This document shows, in pieces, positions 42,601-51,807 of a stretch of DNA of 64,000 bases (within the stretch, counting starts at the first letter, position 1; each line of letters begins with the position of its first letter). Location: positions 32,001-96,000 of IMG/VR virus record IMGVR_UViG_3300031368_000001. One strand, written 5' to 3'. The position numbers and the translations under genes were made by a program. Under the pieces are notes generated by a model that was not told the origin of the DNA, did no database searches, and saw only the letters and a list, made by a program, of their open reading frames with translations. The stretch comes from a virus.

Positions 42601-42829
42601 TGGCTTTCGGAAGAATTTTCTTTTTTTCTTTTTTGACGAACTCGTCTATGTTGCCTTCAATAACATCATCAAACTTAGAAATATATTCTTCCCAGGGGAA
42701 GTCTGAGCTGATGGTTTCTGTTGGCTCTTGACCTATTGGCTCTTGATCTGTTGGCTCTTCGCTGAGAACTTCAAGGTCTTGTTTAAGTGAGGTTATAAGA
42801 TCTAACAAACGTTTTGCGAGATTTTTCAT
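39638..42829 (-). CDS. Polyvalent protein: Gp157/Gam-like + NADAR + SLOG (DprA-like) + unknown domain(s) + ASCH-like
   Basis: NADAR FLSNFHPA..YPTSEHAYQAAK..DTFWG..GQNQLGKIL; SLOG AIVGSR..VTGGAKGVD..RNKDIV..SKGT; ASCH GLYLVSPH..GSKTAIIK. Confidence 0.85.
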   Translation of the reverse strand: MKNLAKRLLDLITSLKQDLEVLSEEPTDQEPIGQEPTETISSDFPWEEYISKFDDVIEGNIDEFVKKEKKKILPKAKLRELESLHDSLRKAKKKLEDYFKTPPVARKDLDSEISAIQGAMADVLKDTGMKKVETTRYIFSLRRTPAYYKVVSEKTAVNSLKKKKLGRFIKVEETLDMAKLKNFLKSRGLTIPGLKKMTADVSIYIYEKHEEGEVELIHVVGPEGFEEDYENIEEEMSSSSGTIEEDEESSSSESSSEEFEDLLKFTNDFAETSAFRGQYDFLSNFHPAPTSFEGKVYPTSEHAYQAAKTLDSEIRETIRKLRTPGDAKRYARKIPLRSDWEKIKTDVMKRIVRTKFESNPKLMEKLIATKGIDIVENNTWGDTFWGKSGGKGQNQLGKILAEVREAGLKKISSIKTMAIVGSRETTSNMLQATRYQTKKALDAGWGIVTGGAKGVDEESIREVLRQNACKKLTVYLPKTIESQPAAVRPLLKKVRDLGANVVENSGVKRAAKETGKAVSEISYGQAAFTRNKDIVGKADAMTAIQKGGSKGTQHSINAALKKEIPVKQIDEKLNARLLKQIMNKLKIKHLGNLTKFLKGTLKVVPGILPIFEAIDLGLLWKDMDNLEKDIEAGTANEQQKKIWEWLQQKKEASEGEEWGEIDLEEEFEEKFENEEEFSEKINAPTFAYQTVYNKKPAEFLSGRTDAPKKMWRGRAVDEGLKEKWLEELNNLPVEIRSTDEGKSESRPAFVVLRMPEKYDDLHEQMVSNLKKQSDLFVGFDIGQGNRPRICVAGKIRNDQGEKWSTWWNSLAEKILTAYNETIKEESAENFPDDFYRNDNFYETPYDPSRVDNKVLGDDFRIVCAHFSTWKKTEGKGIKFTKEQILENATKIIKEIKERVKSDKMNYTFSPEKMKETSKELYGLVREKLPETLQKIGEAKKDQEIAGLYLVSPHSEYIWDGSKTAIIKSKKFTEHINEPLYLISDKDCWGIIKLSEPKEINQKEFEERYEEHLVENYERIEWWDEQHPLYLYEVEVIEKFDPVREVEVPQGIQAWILPKNVIFK

Positions 42830-42949
42830 GATAATGCCCTAGATTTTTTTTAGGTTGGAATCTAATTGAGGTAGATTATTCAGAATTTTTCAGAAAAGAT
42901 CAATCTTTTTTTTAGAACAAGTATAATAAAGACTGAGTTTATAGCTTAT

Positions 42950-43786
42950 TTACTGCTTTTTTTGTCTTCTCTGCTCTTTTTCAGCTCTTCGTTTTGCCTT
43001 CTCTTTTTCCTCAGCCTGCTTTTTTGCGGGAATAGTCTTATCCTTCAATTCCGTTGCCATTTGCGGATAGTATTTTCTGAGTAACCTTTCTAGTCTGATA
43101 GTTACAGCTATTTCTCCAATACCTTCTCTGTCGAGGCCGTGAATTTCCCAGGCAATTGAATTTTGAGGGTGGAAGTGTACAACTCGGATTGGTTTTAGGC
43201 TTCTTGTAAATCTAGGTATAAATCCCGAACATCCTGTATTGTAGGTAGAATTAAGTAGCGAGATTCTCTTAGCATATTTTTCTGAGTTAAAAACTTTATT
43301 AAGAAGGGGTTCTTCTTTAGCTGCCTTGTCTTTTTCTAGTTGCCTTACGATCTCATCAACAATGTCTTTCGAGGATGGCTTCCAGAAAATACTGCCTCCA
43401 TTCCATTTCGGATTGGAGTAGGAACAAGCCCCAACATCACCATCAAAAACTGGGCAATTAAACCATAAATTTTGCCACGTATCAATGTCAGCTGAATAGA
43501 TAACCTCATCAACTCTGTTGTTATCAAAAAGAAATTTTACCGCCCACATTTTCGAGCCAGAAAGACAAAAATCATTAAACTTTATCTTTTCAGCTTTTAT
43601 ACCCATAAACTCAAAATCAAAATTGGCTAAAAGAATAATATCTTGTTTTTTCCAGCCAACTTCTAATAGATTATGAATTTGAGCCCTAAGCATAAGCTTA
43701 AGTCTTTCTGGATTATATCTCGATTTGCTATTTGGCTGTAAATTAGCGGCTATTAGACGTTTCATGAATTCTTTCTTCCCATCCAT
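42950..43786 (-). CDS. Glycosyltransferase-like protein (GT-A, DxD)
   Basis: SKMWAV...SADIDTWQ...WNGGSIFW...LNSTYN...VVHFHP. Confidence 0.6.
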   Translation of the reverse strand: MDGKKEFMKRLIAANLQPNSKSRYNPERLKLMLRAQIHNLLEVGWKKQDIILLANFDFEFMGIKAEKIKFNDFCLSGSKMWAVKFLFDNNRVDEVIYSADIDTWQNLWFNCPVFDGDVGACSYSNPKWNGGSIFWKPSSKDIVDEIVRQLEKDKAAKEEPLLNKVFNSEKYAKRISLLNSTYNTGCSGFIPRFTRSLKPIRVVHFHPQNSIAWEIHGLDREGIGEIAVTIRLERLLRKYYPQMATELKDKTIPAKKQAEEKEKAKRRAEKEQRRQKKQ

Positions 43787-44169
43787 ATTGCTGCTAATTT
43801 TAGATCAACAAAGACCTGTCCGCCATTATTTCTAACCATCCTTGCTACAGCGCCAAAGGATTTCCACTGACCGTCATTAAATTTTTCTTTACCATCATAA
43901 CGAAGCATAACAAAGACAGTTTTTTCAGGTCGTTTATTGCTATCGTCTACAGTTTCAGCTAAGCTATAGACACCAGTCATTTTTGGTGTAATAGTATAAA
44001 GAACAAAATCACAAGTTTCACGTTCTCTTAGTTCATTTTTTTGAGCTTCTTCATTCCAATCATCAACGACTGGATCGAACCATTCTAGTCCTTCATCATG
44101 CAGAAATATTATCATATGTTTGCGCCATATTGATTCATTGCATGTTCCTCCGAGGTAGACCTTTTTCAT
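43762..44169 (-). CDS. Nucleoside 2-deoxyribosyltransferase-like protein
   Basis: KVYLGGTCNESIWR...FDPVVDDW...GVYSLAE. Confidence 0.8.
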   Translation of the reverse strand: MKKVYLGGTCNESIWRKHMIIFLHDEGLEWFDPVVDDWNEEAQKNELRERETCDFVLYTITPKMTGVYSLAETVDDSNKRPEKTVFVMLRYDGKEKFNDGQWKSFGAVARMVRNNGGQVFVDLKLAAIWMGRKNS

Positions 44170-44173
44170 AATT

Positions 44174-44340
44174 TTACCTCTTCACTAGTTTAAAGCGTAT
44201 AACTTTTTCACCTTCAAAATCTGCACCAATTACTCCAAGACCATTTTCATCAACACCGAAAAGCTCATTTAAAATTCCAACAAAACCTACTACTGGAAAG
44301 TTTTAGCTAACAAACCAACTTGTACAGTAGAATGGTATTA
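44174..44340 (-). pseudogene. Frameshifted remnant of a small phage gene
   Basis: HSTVQVG and VGFVGILNELFGVDENGLGVIGA in different frames; no start codon. Confidence 0.4.
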
Positions 44341-44343
44341 TCT

Positions 44344-45225
44344 CTATCCCTGAATTCCCGTTTCTATCTCCTCTGTAAAGTTCTTAACTAATTTAGCCTT
44401 CCCCCAGACTTTCTCTTCATTTGCTTTAAACCTTCCCAAAAGTAAATTTGAATAAGAAATAAATCTGTTTCTTCCTTCTGACTGCCACCAGGCTTCTGGA
44501 TAATTTCCTTCTTGATGTTTTTTATGATCTGAAGTTCCTCTACTGAAATTTCCACCTTTTTGAAATGACATCATAGTAAAGCCTAACTCCCAAGCTCGGT
44601 TCATCAAATCCACGTCATCTGAGCCATAGTGACGTAAATCTTCGTTGTATCCACCAAGCAGATCAATAAACTCTTTTTTGTAATACCCCTGTCTTCCTCG
44701 TAATAACTGTCTACTCTTTGCAAATATAACTTTCTCAGATAATTGATTAGCAAGCTTATTGATATAAATAACGAAACCTCTATTGGTAAATCCATCGGCA
44801 TCTACATTATTCACAATATCTCCAGAGGCAGCCTGAAAAGCAATATTCCGTGAGTGACCCATTTCAAAGTATTTGGGTTCGTCTGTCCTGATAAAAACAA
44901 GAATGCCTTTCTCAATGTATTCCATCATCTCTGATTTAATCCAGCCACCAATATCATCTATTTTACTTCCGTAGTCTATTACCACAAACTCCACATTGGG
45001 ATACTCGAGATTATCTTTGATATTCTGAGGAAGAGTCACTTTAAGATCTTTAAGTCTATCCATACAAGTTGTACAGATAGAAATTTTATAGTTCTTTGTA
45101 ACCGGATTAGAATACTTCCCATCCCAAAATTTCATCTTTGGTAATCTGGCGCCACCCCAGGCAAATTCAAGTGGTCTGGCTAAAACCTTAAAATCGATTT
45201 CGCATTCAGGATATTTTCTCGACAT
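44344..45225 (-). CDS. Glycosyltransferase family 2
   Basis: ISICTTCMDR, VVIDYGS, NVDAD, GGYNEDLRHYGSDD. Confidence 0.88.
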   Translation of the reverse strand: MSRKYPECEIDFKVLARPLEFAWGGARLPKMKFWDGKYSNPVTKNYKISICTTCMDRLKDLKVTLPQNIKDNLEYPNVEFVVIDYGSKIDDIGGWIKSEMMEYIEKGILVFIRTDEPKYFEMGHSRNIAFQAASGDIVNNVDADGFTNRGFVIYINKLANQLSEKVIFAKSRQLLRGRQGYYKKEFIDLLGGYNEDLRHYGSDDVDLMNRAWELGFTMMSFQKGGNFSRGTSDHKKHQEGNYPEAWWQSEGRNRFISYSNLLLGRFKANEEKVWGKAKLVKNFTEEIETGIQG

Positions 45226-45244
45226 GGTTCCTCCTTACTTTTAG

Positions 45245-45817
45245 TTAATTCTTTCTCATCACTAACAGTGAGCCTTTAAACCACTTTCTCTCAGCAGCCT
45301 TCCTTAAAAACTTTGTCTTTTTTCTCTCAAGCCTGAATCCTCTTTTAATAAATTCAGCTATTACATACTCATTTGGCTGTTCGTTAAAATGTCCTGTTCC
45401 TCCCTGTCCTGGGATTCCCCAGCTCAATATCAAATTACTTTTAGCAAATTCAGAGACATTGTTAATAAAGACTTGTTCGTATTTTTTTGGGATGTGTTCA
45501 CCGACTTCGAGGGAGATTACGAGATCGTAATAAATTTCTACCCATCTCCTTTTGGTAAGATCAAGAGTCATAATATCATTATAGACAGCAATTTCTTGAA
45601 TATTTGGTGTGCCTTCATAGCCATGGACTATTGGAATACCTTTTTCCTTCAGATATTTGCAGTAGTCTCCTTTGCCGCACCCAAGATCTGCAACTGATTT
45701 AACAGATTTGTACATTGTAGCTATGTATTTTGCTAATTCTGGATCATATCTATGTCGTTTTTTTGCGGTCTCTAAATTCCAAATTCCGGTTTCAGCACAA
45801 ATTGAGTTCTTTTTCAT
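45245..45817 (-). CDS. Class I SAM methyltransferase
   Basis: VADLGCGKG, SLEVGEHIP, PGQGGTGHFNEQ. Confidence 0.9.
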   Translation of the reverse strand: MKKNSICAETGIWNLETAKKRHRYDPELAKYIATMYKSVKSVADLGCGKGDYCKYLKEKGIPIVHGYEGTPNIQEIAVYNDIMTLDLTKRRWVEIYYDLVISLEVGEHIPKKYEQVFINNVSEFAKSNLILSWGIPGQGGTGHFNEQPNEYVIAEFIKRGFRLERKKTKFLRKAAERKWFKGSLLVMRKN

Positions 45818-45905
45818 ATTGCTTTTTACCCATTATAAATATCCTATTCCAACCGCTAATTTTTTTCACCGCCCAACAAAAACTTATACCTCTTTTCATA
45901 TCTCA

Positions 45906-46565
45906 TCATTTCTTTCTTATACAATAATGTCCATATCCCCCATCCATATTATAAGTATGGAAAGATATAATATGATTATTAAAAATTTTTTTTATCCAAT
46001 TATCATAATCGCTAAAACTTAACCAATCATCAAATGGGGTTTTTTGGGACTTGAAATGAATTTCCATACCAATATGCTGGGCATTTATCACTATTTCCTC
46101 TGACTTTTTATCCCCGATAATATACTTTTCTCCGCCCTCACAATCAAGTTTAATAAGATACCTATCACTTAATTTACAATTATATTTTTCAAATAAAGAT
46201 ATTAAAGAAATAGATTCAACACTATAAGAATCTCCTTCACGCTTTGGCACGAACATGGAATCAAGAATATGCCCTCTGCTTAAAAGAAAAAATCTTTCGC
46301 CATTTCCTAAAGCCTTTTCTTCAAGTTCAATATTTAACATATTAATATTTTGTCTAAGATAATTACACACTTCTATACTAGGTTCAACAGCTACAATTCT
46401 AGTATATGGATGCTTCATTCTCATATAGACAGAAAAAAATCCTATATTTGCTCCTATATCAAATATAATATCAAAATAATTACTTTGATATTCTTTGACC
46501 CCATACAGATCCTTTGCAACTATATGTTTAAATTCATTTCCTTGGTTTTTATAATTACTTATCAT
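45906..46565 (-). CDS. FkbM-family methyltransferase
   Basis: FDIGANIGFFS, AVEP, IKLDCEGGE. Confidence 0.9.
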   Translation of the reverse strand: MISNYKNQGNEFKHIVAKDLYGVKEYQSNYFDIIFDIGANIGFFSVYMRMKHPYTRIVAVEPSIEVCNYLRQNINMLNIELEEKALGNGERFFLLSRGHILDSMFVPKREGDSYSVESISLISLFEKYNCKLSDRYLIKLDCEGGEKYIIGDKKSEEIVINAQHIGMEIHFKSQKTPFDDWLSFSDYDNWIKKIFNNHIISFHTYNMDGGYGHYCIRKK

Positions 46566-47293
46566 TTTAGATGCTCCTCTATAAGGATTTTATTCAAATA
46601 AGTATACCCATTCGAACTCTGTGGTTGGCAATTATTTCTCTTATAACAAACTTCTAAAACCCTTGGATGTTTCATCGCCTCAGCGAGAGCAAAACAAAGC
46701 GATTGATTTCCAATAAAAAGTTTTGATCCCTTTATAGCTTGTGCGATCTCAAAAGCATCACGGCATTGATACCATTGTACAGAAAGCATCTTAGAAAATT
46801 CTTTATACTCCCATTTATTACCAATAAAAGCTACAACTTCCTGATAAGGTTCTAACAATTTCCAATCTATCTCTTCTTTATCATGATGTCGTAAAGTCCT
46901 ATTAACAATTATAGATGTTATTGAATTAGATACTACTTCCGAAATCCATGATTGAGATAAGTCAAACTCAAGACCAAAAATATCCAAATGGTACTGTGCT
47001 AGATGTCTAACTCTTCCTGCTAAATGTCCCATCTTTTCCAGATGACGATATCTATCTAAATTACTTACTTTTTTGCCATCAGGAAGAACGACATTTTCAG
47101 CTCTACCATATTGCCACCTAGTACGAATAGAAGGAAATACATCAGAAATATACGGTTGTCGAGTTAAAAGATCTCTTAATATCTCAGAATGATCGGATTT
47201 CAAATACAATCCTCCGCCTCCTAGAGTTATAATAGCAGGAAGTGAATAAATAATGTCTCCTAATGAACCACTGTGCCAAAACTCTAATTCCAT
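46562..47293 (-). CDS. GT9 (heptosyltransferase)-like protein
   Basis: HSGSLGDIIYSLP; LFIGNQS...AEAM. Confidence 0.75.
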   Translation of the reverse strand: MELEFWHSGSLGDIIYSLPAIITLGGGGLYLKSDHSEILRDLLTRQPYISDVFPSIRTRWQYGRAENVVLPDGKKVSNLDRYRHLEKMGHLAGRVRHLAQYHLDIFGLEFDLSQSWISEVVSNSITSIIVNRTLRHHDKEEIDWKLLEPYQEVVAFIGNKWEYKEFSKMLSVQWYQCRDAFEIAQAIKGSKLFIGNQSLCFALAEAMKHPRVLEVCYKRNNCQPQSSNGYTYLNKILIEEHLK

Positions 47294-47300
47294 AAAATAT

Positions 47301-47445
47301 TTATACCCTTTTCATCCAGACCGTTTCTTCTAATAACTCTATGTTAGTCTGTCCAAAAACATCATTTACAGCTCTTTCGATATCTGGATACTTCTTATTT
47401 CCATAATCATGACCGCAAAGTATGCATCTCACTAATATATTTCAT
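47301..47445 (-). pseudogene. Internally deleted Methyltransf_24 paralog
   Basis: SD+ATG out of frame with C-terminal ILCGHDYGNKKYPDIERAVNDVFG...VWMKRV*. Confidence 0.75.
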
Positions 47446-47472
47446 ATTTCTCCTATCCAATTATAACTTAAT

Positions 47473-48036
47473 CTAAACCCCATTCAATCTTTTAACCCAA
47501 ACTGATCCAGGGTGTATGACCTCAATATTATCTCTGCCATAAATTTCATCAACTGCTTTTATCACTTCTTTTTCACGAGAAGCATAATCATGTCCACACA
47601 TAATTCCACCCTTTTTCACTAAAGGTTCCCATGTTAATATATCTCGTTTAACACTTTCATAGTCATGCTCTGCGTCTATAAAAACAAGATCAAAATATTT
47701 TTCATTAACATATTTTTTATAATGATAAAAAAGTTTCGATGCCTCAACAGAAGTCATTCTAATTATTTTAAGTTGTGGAAAAAAACACACATATCTATAA
47801 ACATTCCAAGCTTCTTTATCAAAAAAATTCTGGTCTCTGCCTCCGATCCTATTGCACTCCGAATCTCTTGCATGCTTAGTACTCCAAGGATCTACCGCCC
47901 AATATTCTTTAATTATATTAGAACAATTTGATCTTAGTATTTCCCTTGTAGTTCTTCCACGTCCTACACCAATTTCAGCTACACGTTCCGCTTGTTGTTC
48001 CTTAATAAGATCTATCAGTATATTAGCTCGCCCCAT
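47473..48036 (-). CDS. Methyltransf_24-type SAM methyltransferase
   Basis: AEIGVGRG, AVDPW, FDLVFIDAEHDY, CGHDY. Confidence 0.9.
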   Translation of the reverse strand: MGRANILIDLIKEQQAERVAEIGVGRGRTTREILRSNCSNIIKEYWAVDPWSTKHARDSECNRIGGRDQNFFDKEAWNVYRYVCFFPQLKIIRMTSVEASKLFYHYKKYVNEKYFDLVFIDAEHDYESVKRDILTWEPLVKKGGIMCGHDYASREKEVIKAVDEIYGRDNIEVIHPGSVWVKRLNGV

Positions 48037-48048
48037 TATTCCATCTCC

Positions 48049-48270
48049 TTACATTCTTTTCATCCATACAGTACTTTTTAATAACTCTATATTATCCGCA
48101 CCAAAAATTTCATCAACAGTTTTTTTAATCCCAGGAAATCTTTTATTACCATAGTCATGTCCTGTTAACAAACCATCTTTTTTAACCAAAGTTTTCCATG
48201 AATAAATATCTTCTTTAACAGCATCATAAAAATGATCCGAATCTATAAATACTAAATCAAAATATTCTTT
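48049..48270 (-). pseudogene. Headless Methyltransf_24 paralog (C-terminal half)
   Basis: KEYFDLVFIDSDHFYDAVKEDI...TGHDYG...VWMKRM*; no in-frame start; overlaps the end of the upstream GT gene. Confidence 0.8.
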
Positions 48271-49184
48271 GCACTTAATTCTCCTTCCACTATTTCTGTA
48301 AATTCTTTGACTCTTTGTTCAGTGCTGTGATATTTTCTAACAAATTCCATCCCGTTTTTTGCAATTCCTTCTCTTTCATTTTCATTTTTAAGAAAATATT
48401 TTATTTTGTCTTCCAAATCACTAAAATCATTTTTATAAAGAACTAAATGCTCCCCATCTTTGTAACCAAGTCTTTCAAGGTCATCCGGTCTAGTTGTTAA
48501 TAGAAAGGTTCCACAAGCCATTACTTCAGTATACTTACCGCTTAATTCATTATCCTCAGCGTTATATGTCACAAAAATTTTCGATTCATTAATTTTTCTA
48601 ACATATTCTTCAAACCAAACTTTTTCAAAAAAACTGTTTACATCCATTTCATGAATTATTTTTTTTAACTTTTTACGATTCGCAGCCTTATAACTTATTT
48701 GAAACGACGCCATAACATCAATGTTTTTCTCAATATAAAGTTTATGATGTTTATTAATATCAACAGACCACGGCAAAATATAATACTTACTACCTATACC
48801 ACGACTTTCCAAACTTCTCATTTGTGCTTTATATCTAGGAATTATAATATCATAACCAACTTTATTTAAATGACTGTCATAAATTTCAAAAGATTTTTCA
48901 TTATAATCACCGCCAAAAATATGCACCTTTAAAACATTTTCCACATCCTCAAGCCCAGGCGATAAAGACTTATCTCTAAATTCATAATGCGTTAACACAA
49001 CATCTGTGTCTGGATACATAGTTAGAACATCCGGTACTGTTAATCTAGAATTATATCCCTCGTATCCAACACCAAAAAATATAACATCTTGTTGTCTAGC
49101 TAATTCTCTTCGAAACAATTCATGTTGCCAATTTCCTTTTTTTTTCCGCCCCATACGATTCCATGCTACAAGCAATATTTTCAT
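48252..49184 (-). CDS. Glycosyltransferase (GT-B, CgeB-like)
   Basis: LPWSVD, KYTEVMACGTFLLT, DGEHLVLY, IAKNG. Confidence 0.85.
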   Translation of the reverse strand: MKILLVAWNRMGRKKKGNWQHELFRRELARQQDVIFFGVGYEGYNSRLTVPDVLTMYPDTDVVLTHYEFRDKSLSPGLEDVENVLKVHIFGGDYNEKSFEIYDSHLNKVGYDIIIPRYKAQMRSLESRGIGSKYYILPWSVDINKHHKLYIEKNIDVMASFQISYKAANRKKLKKIIHEMDVNSFFEKVWFEEYVRKINESKIFVTYNAEDNELSGKYTEVMACGTFLLTTRPDDLERLGYKDGEHLVLYKNDFSDLEDKIKYFLKNENEREGIAKNGMEFVRKYHSTEQRVKEFTEIVEGELSAKNILI

Positions 49185-49199
49185 AATTTTTCAATCTCT

Positions 49200-49769
49200 T
49201 TATAATTCTTTAATCCATACACTATCACGTGCTTTTATTATTCCATCAAAACATTCTGTTATTGCTTTTACAACACCAGGATGATGTTTATTACGATCAT
49301 GTCCCATTATTAATCCGCCTTCTTTAATCAACGGCGACCAAGTTTTAATATTAGCCATTACAGATTCGTATTTATGATCAGCGTCTATAAATACTATATC
49401 AAAATATTTTTCAGGAAATAATCTAGCTGCTTCAAGAGAAGACATTCTTACAACACAAAGCTGAGGATACCAACGCATAAATTTACATGCGTAAGCATAT
49501 AACTCATCCCATTTCTCCATTGGTACATCTACATATGATGAATGATTACTAGGTTGCCAAAAATCTATTGCCCAATATTGCGATATAATATCACCACAAT
49601 CTTCTAAAACTCGTTTCATATTCGTAGAATCCCAAATACCTATTTCAGCTATTTTTAAATCTTTTCTATTAAAACTTTTCAAGAGGGCTGGTATTATATC
49701 CCAACGCCACCTAGTATTTTCTATAATCTTTAATATTTCTTCTTTAGTTCGCATCATCTTCTTCAACAT
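49200..49769 (-). CDS. Methyltransf_24-type SAM methyltransferase
   Basis: AEIGIW, FDIVFIDADHKY, GHD. Confidence 0.9.
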   Translation of the reverse strand: MLKKMMRTKEEILKIIENTRWRWDIIPALLKSFNRKDLKIAEIGIWDSTNMKRVLEDCGDIISQYWAIDFWQPSNHSSYVDVPMEKWDELYAYACKFMRWYPQLCVVRMSSLEAARLFPEKYFDIVFIDADHKYESVMANIKTWSPLIKEGGLIMGHDRNKHHPGVVKAITECFDGIIKARDSVWIKEL

Positions 49770-50446
49770 CCTCCATACTGTCCTAACTCAACAGCTATTT
49801 CATTAAATTCATTTAACGATGGAAAATCATTGTCTTTGACTTTTAATATAGTCACATATGTAAAATTCTTTCTCCCTGGTATATTACTAGGCCAATATTT
49901 CTGTGTCATTTCCCTCACATCGACTATTTTGTATTTACAAAGTCTAGAAAGTTTTGTATAGAAAGCATGAGTATAATGAAATAGTCCATGATGTTTAGCA
50001 GGATTCCCGCCACTATATCTATCTGAAGGATTAGATCGTATTATAATACCACCAACTTTACATAAATTATGTATATTCTTGTTTAATTCATATTGATTTT
50101 CTACATGTTCAGCTGTACCAAAATCGATTATAAAATCAAATTTACCTATCTTAGATGTAATAGGTTTAGCTAAATCGTATCGTAATATAGTCTTTTTAGT
50201 GCGCTTTTCTGATTTTACAATGTCTTCATTTCCTATGCCTAAATCTATAACACTGACTTCAAAACCTTTACTCTCAAAATACTGACTAGCCAAACGATGA
50301 GGCATATAATTATGTAGATCTAACCTAATCCATAAATCACCAAACTCGCACAATCTTAAACCATCAAAACTTCCAATGTATTCTTTATGTTTTAACCAAT
50401 CAGTAATTTCTTCAAAATATTTTATATCTTTGAAATGTAGTCCCAC
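49763..50446 (-). CDS. SAM methyltransferase
   Basis: CEFGD, FDFIIDFGTAEHV, KVGG. Confidence 0.8.
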   Translation of the reverse strand: MGLHFKDIKYFEEITDWLKHKEYIGSFDGLRLCEFGDLWIRLDLHNYMPHRLASQYFESKGFEVSVIDLGIGNEDIVKSEKRTKKTILRYDLAKPITSKIGKFDFIIDFGTAEHVENQYELNKNIHNLCKVGGIIIRSNPSDRYSGGNPAKHHGLFHYTHAFYTKLSRLCKYKIVDVREMTQKYWPSNIPGRKNFTYVTILKVKDNDFPSLNEFNEIAVELGQYGGC

Positions 50447-51087
50447 TAAATTTCCTCGGTAGATAATATTGTTAATTTCTTAATAATATGGTTTTTAGCA
50501 TGCCCTATCAATGCTACTCTAAGCTCTTTTTCTTCCTCTATAAGTTCCTTGCATCCTAAATCTATGAATTTCTTAGCCCAATATTCTCTAGTTTTTCCAG
50601 CATTAAGGTGCATATAACTAAAACTATACGCTGCGGTAAGTACTATTAGCCTAGAAGAAGCATTAATCATATTTGCAACAAAGATGTCTTCTTCTTCTGG
50701 CAACAGATGCTCTGCAGCTTCTATAGAAAGAGCGCAATCCCATTTTCCATAATCAAGTTTTCTACCAATATGTCCTTTCTTAACAAATCCACGTACACGC
50801 TTCGGAATACACTCTCTTGCAATATCGGCTCCTATATCTATGCCTAACACTTTTTTAGTTTTCGCTTCAAGAGCACCTTCAATATACGACCCTAACCCGC
50901 AACCAAAATCAATTATAGATTCCAGATTAAGCATATCAGATAAAATTTTACCTGATCTCATTTCCCAATCCCTCATTTTTATTCTTTTACAACAGTAATG
51001 TTTACTATAAATATTTAACGGGTTTTCTTTATATAATTCCTGCACAGCAGGAATATCTTTTTTCCATCTTTCTTCAGTCCATCCCAT
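50446..51087 (-). CDS. SAM methyltransferase
   Basis: IDFGCGLG, SIEAAEHL. Confidence 0.85.
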   Translation of the reverse strand: MGWTEERWKKDIPAVQELYKENPLNIYSKHYCCKRIKMRDWEMRSGKILSDMLNLESIIDFGCGLGSYIEGALEAKTKKVLGIDIGADIARECIPKRVRGFVKKGHIGRKLDYGKWDCALSIEAAEHLLPEEEDIFVANMINASSRLIVLTAAYSFSYMHLNAGKTREYWAKKFIDLGCKELIEEEKELRVALIGHAKNHIIKKLTILSTEEI

Positions 51088-51090
51088 CTA

Positions 51091-51636
51091 TTAAAGCCTC
51101 CCTATTTTTTTTACCCATACACTTGCGTCTAATAGTTCTATATTATCCGAGCCGAAAATTTCATCTACCGCTTGCTTAACACCAATTTTCTTACCGCCAT
51201 AATCATGTCCTGTCAGTAATCCTTCATACCCAACTAGCGGAAGCCAAGCTGTAATATCATTCAAAACAGATTCGTATTTATGATCAGCATCTATAAAAAC
51301 CAAATCGAAATATTTTTCAGGAAATAATCTAGCTGCTTCAAGAGAAGACATTCGTAAAATATGTAATTGTGGAAACCAGCGCATCAGTCTACATGCTTTA
51401 AGATAACACGCATCCCAGAATTCGTGTGTACGAGATCTATAATTCCAATGGCTAGTAAATTCCCAAAAATCGATTGCCCAATATTGAGAAATAATATCTT
51501 TACATGTGCTTAAAACTCGTTTCGTAGTACTTGATTTCCAAATTCCTATCTCTGCGATTATCAAATCTTTTTTATTAAACTCTTTCAAAAGATCTATCAA
51601 AACTTCTGCTTGATTCTTATATTCTTTTTTTTCCAT
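51091..51636 (-). CDS. Methyltransf_24-type SAM methyltransferase
   Basis: AEIGIWK, FDLVFIDADHKY, TGHDYG. Confidence 0.9.
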   Translation of the reverse strand: MEKKEYKNQAEVLIDLLKEFNKKDLIIAEIGIWKSSTTKRVLSTCKDIISQYWAIDFWEFTSHWNYRSRTHEFWDACYLKACRLMRWFPQLHILRMSSLEAARLFPEKYFDLVFIDADHKYESVLNDITAWLPLVGYEGLLTGHDYGGKKIGVKQAVDEIFGSDNIELLDASVWVKKIGRL

Positions 51637-51807
51637 TTTACATCCTCACCACAAAAATGTTACAAAAGAAAGGTTTTTATTTCTTTCAGGGTCAAATATT
51701 TCACTACATCTCATTATAAGCTCTATTTGGATCCATCTTCATTACCATAGTTAGTCCACAATTCATAGCTGTACTTCCAATAAAATCCTCAGAGCCCGTT
51801 ACTAAGA

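Noticed and set aside
47301-51636. Diversity-generating retroelement TR/VR pair
   Set aside because: No reverse transcriptase in the window; differences are not adenine-specific; ordinary paralogy
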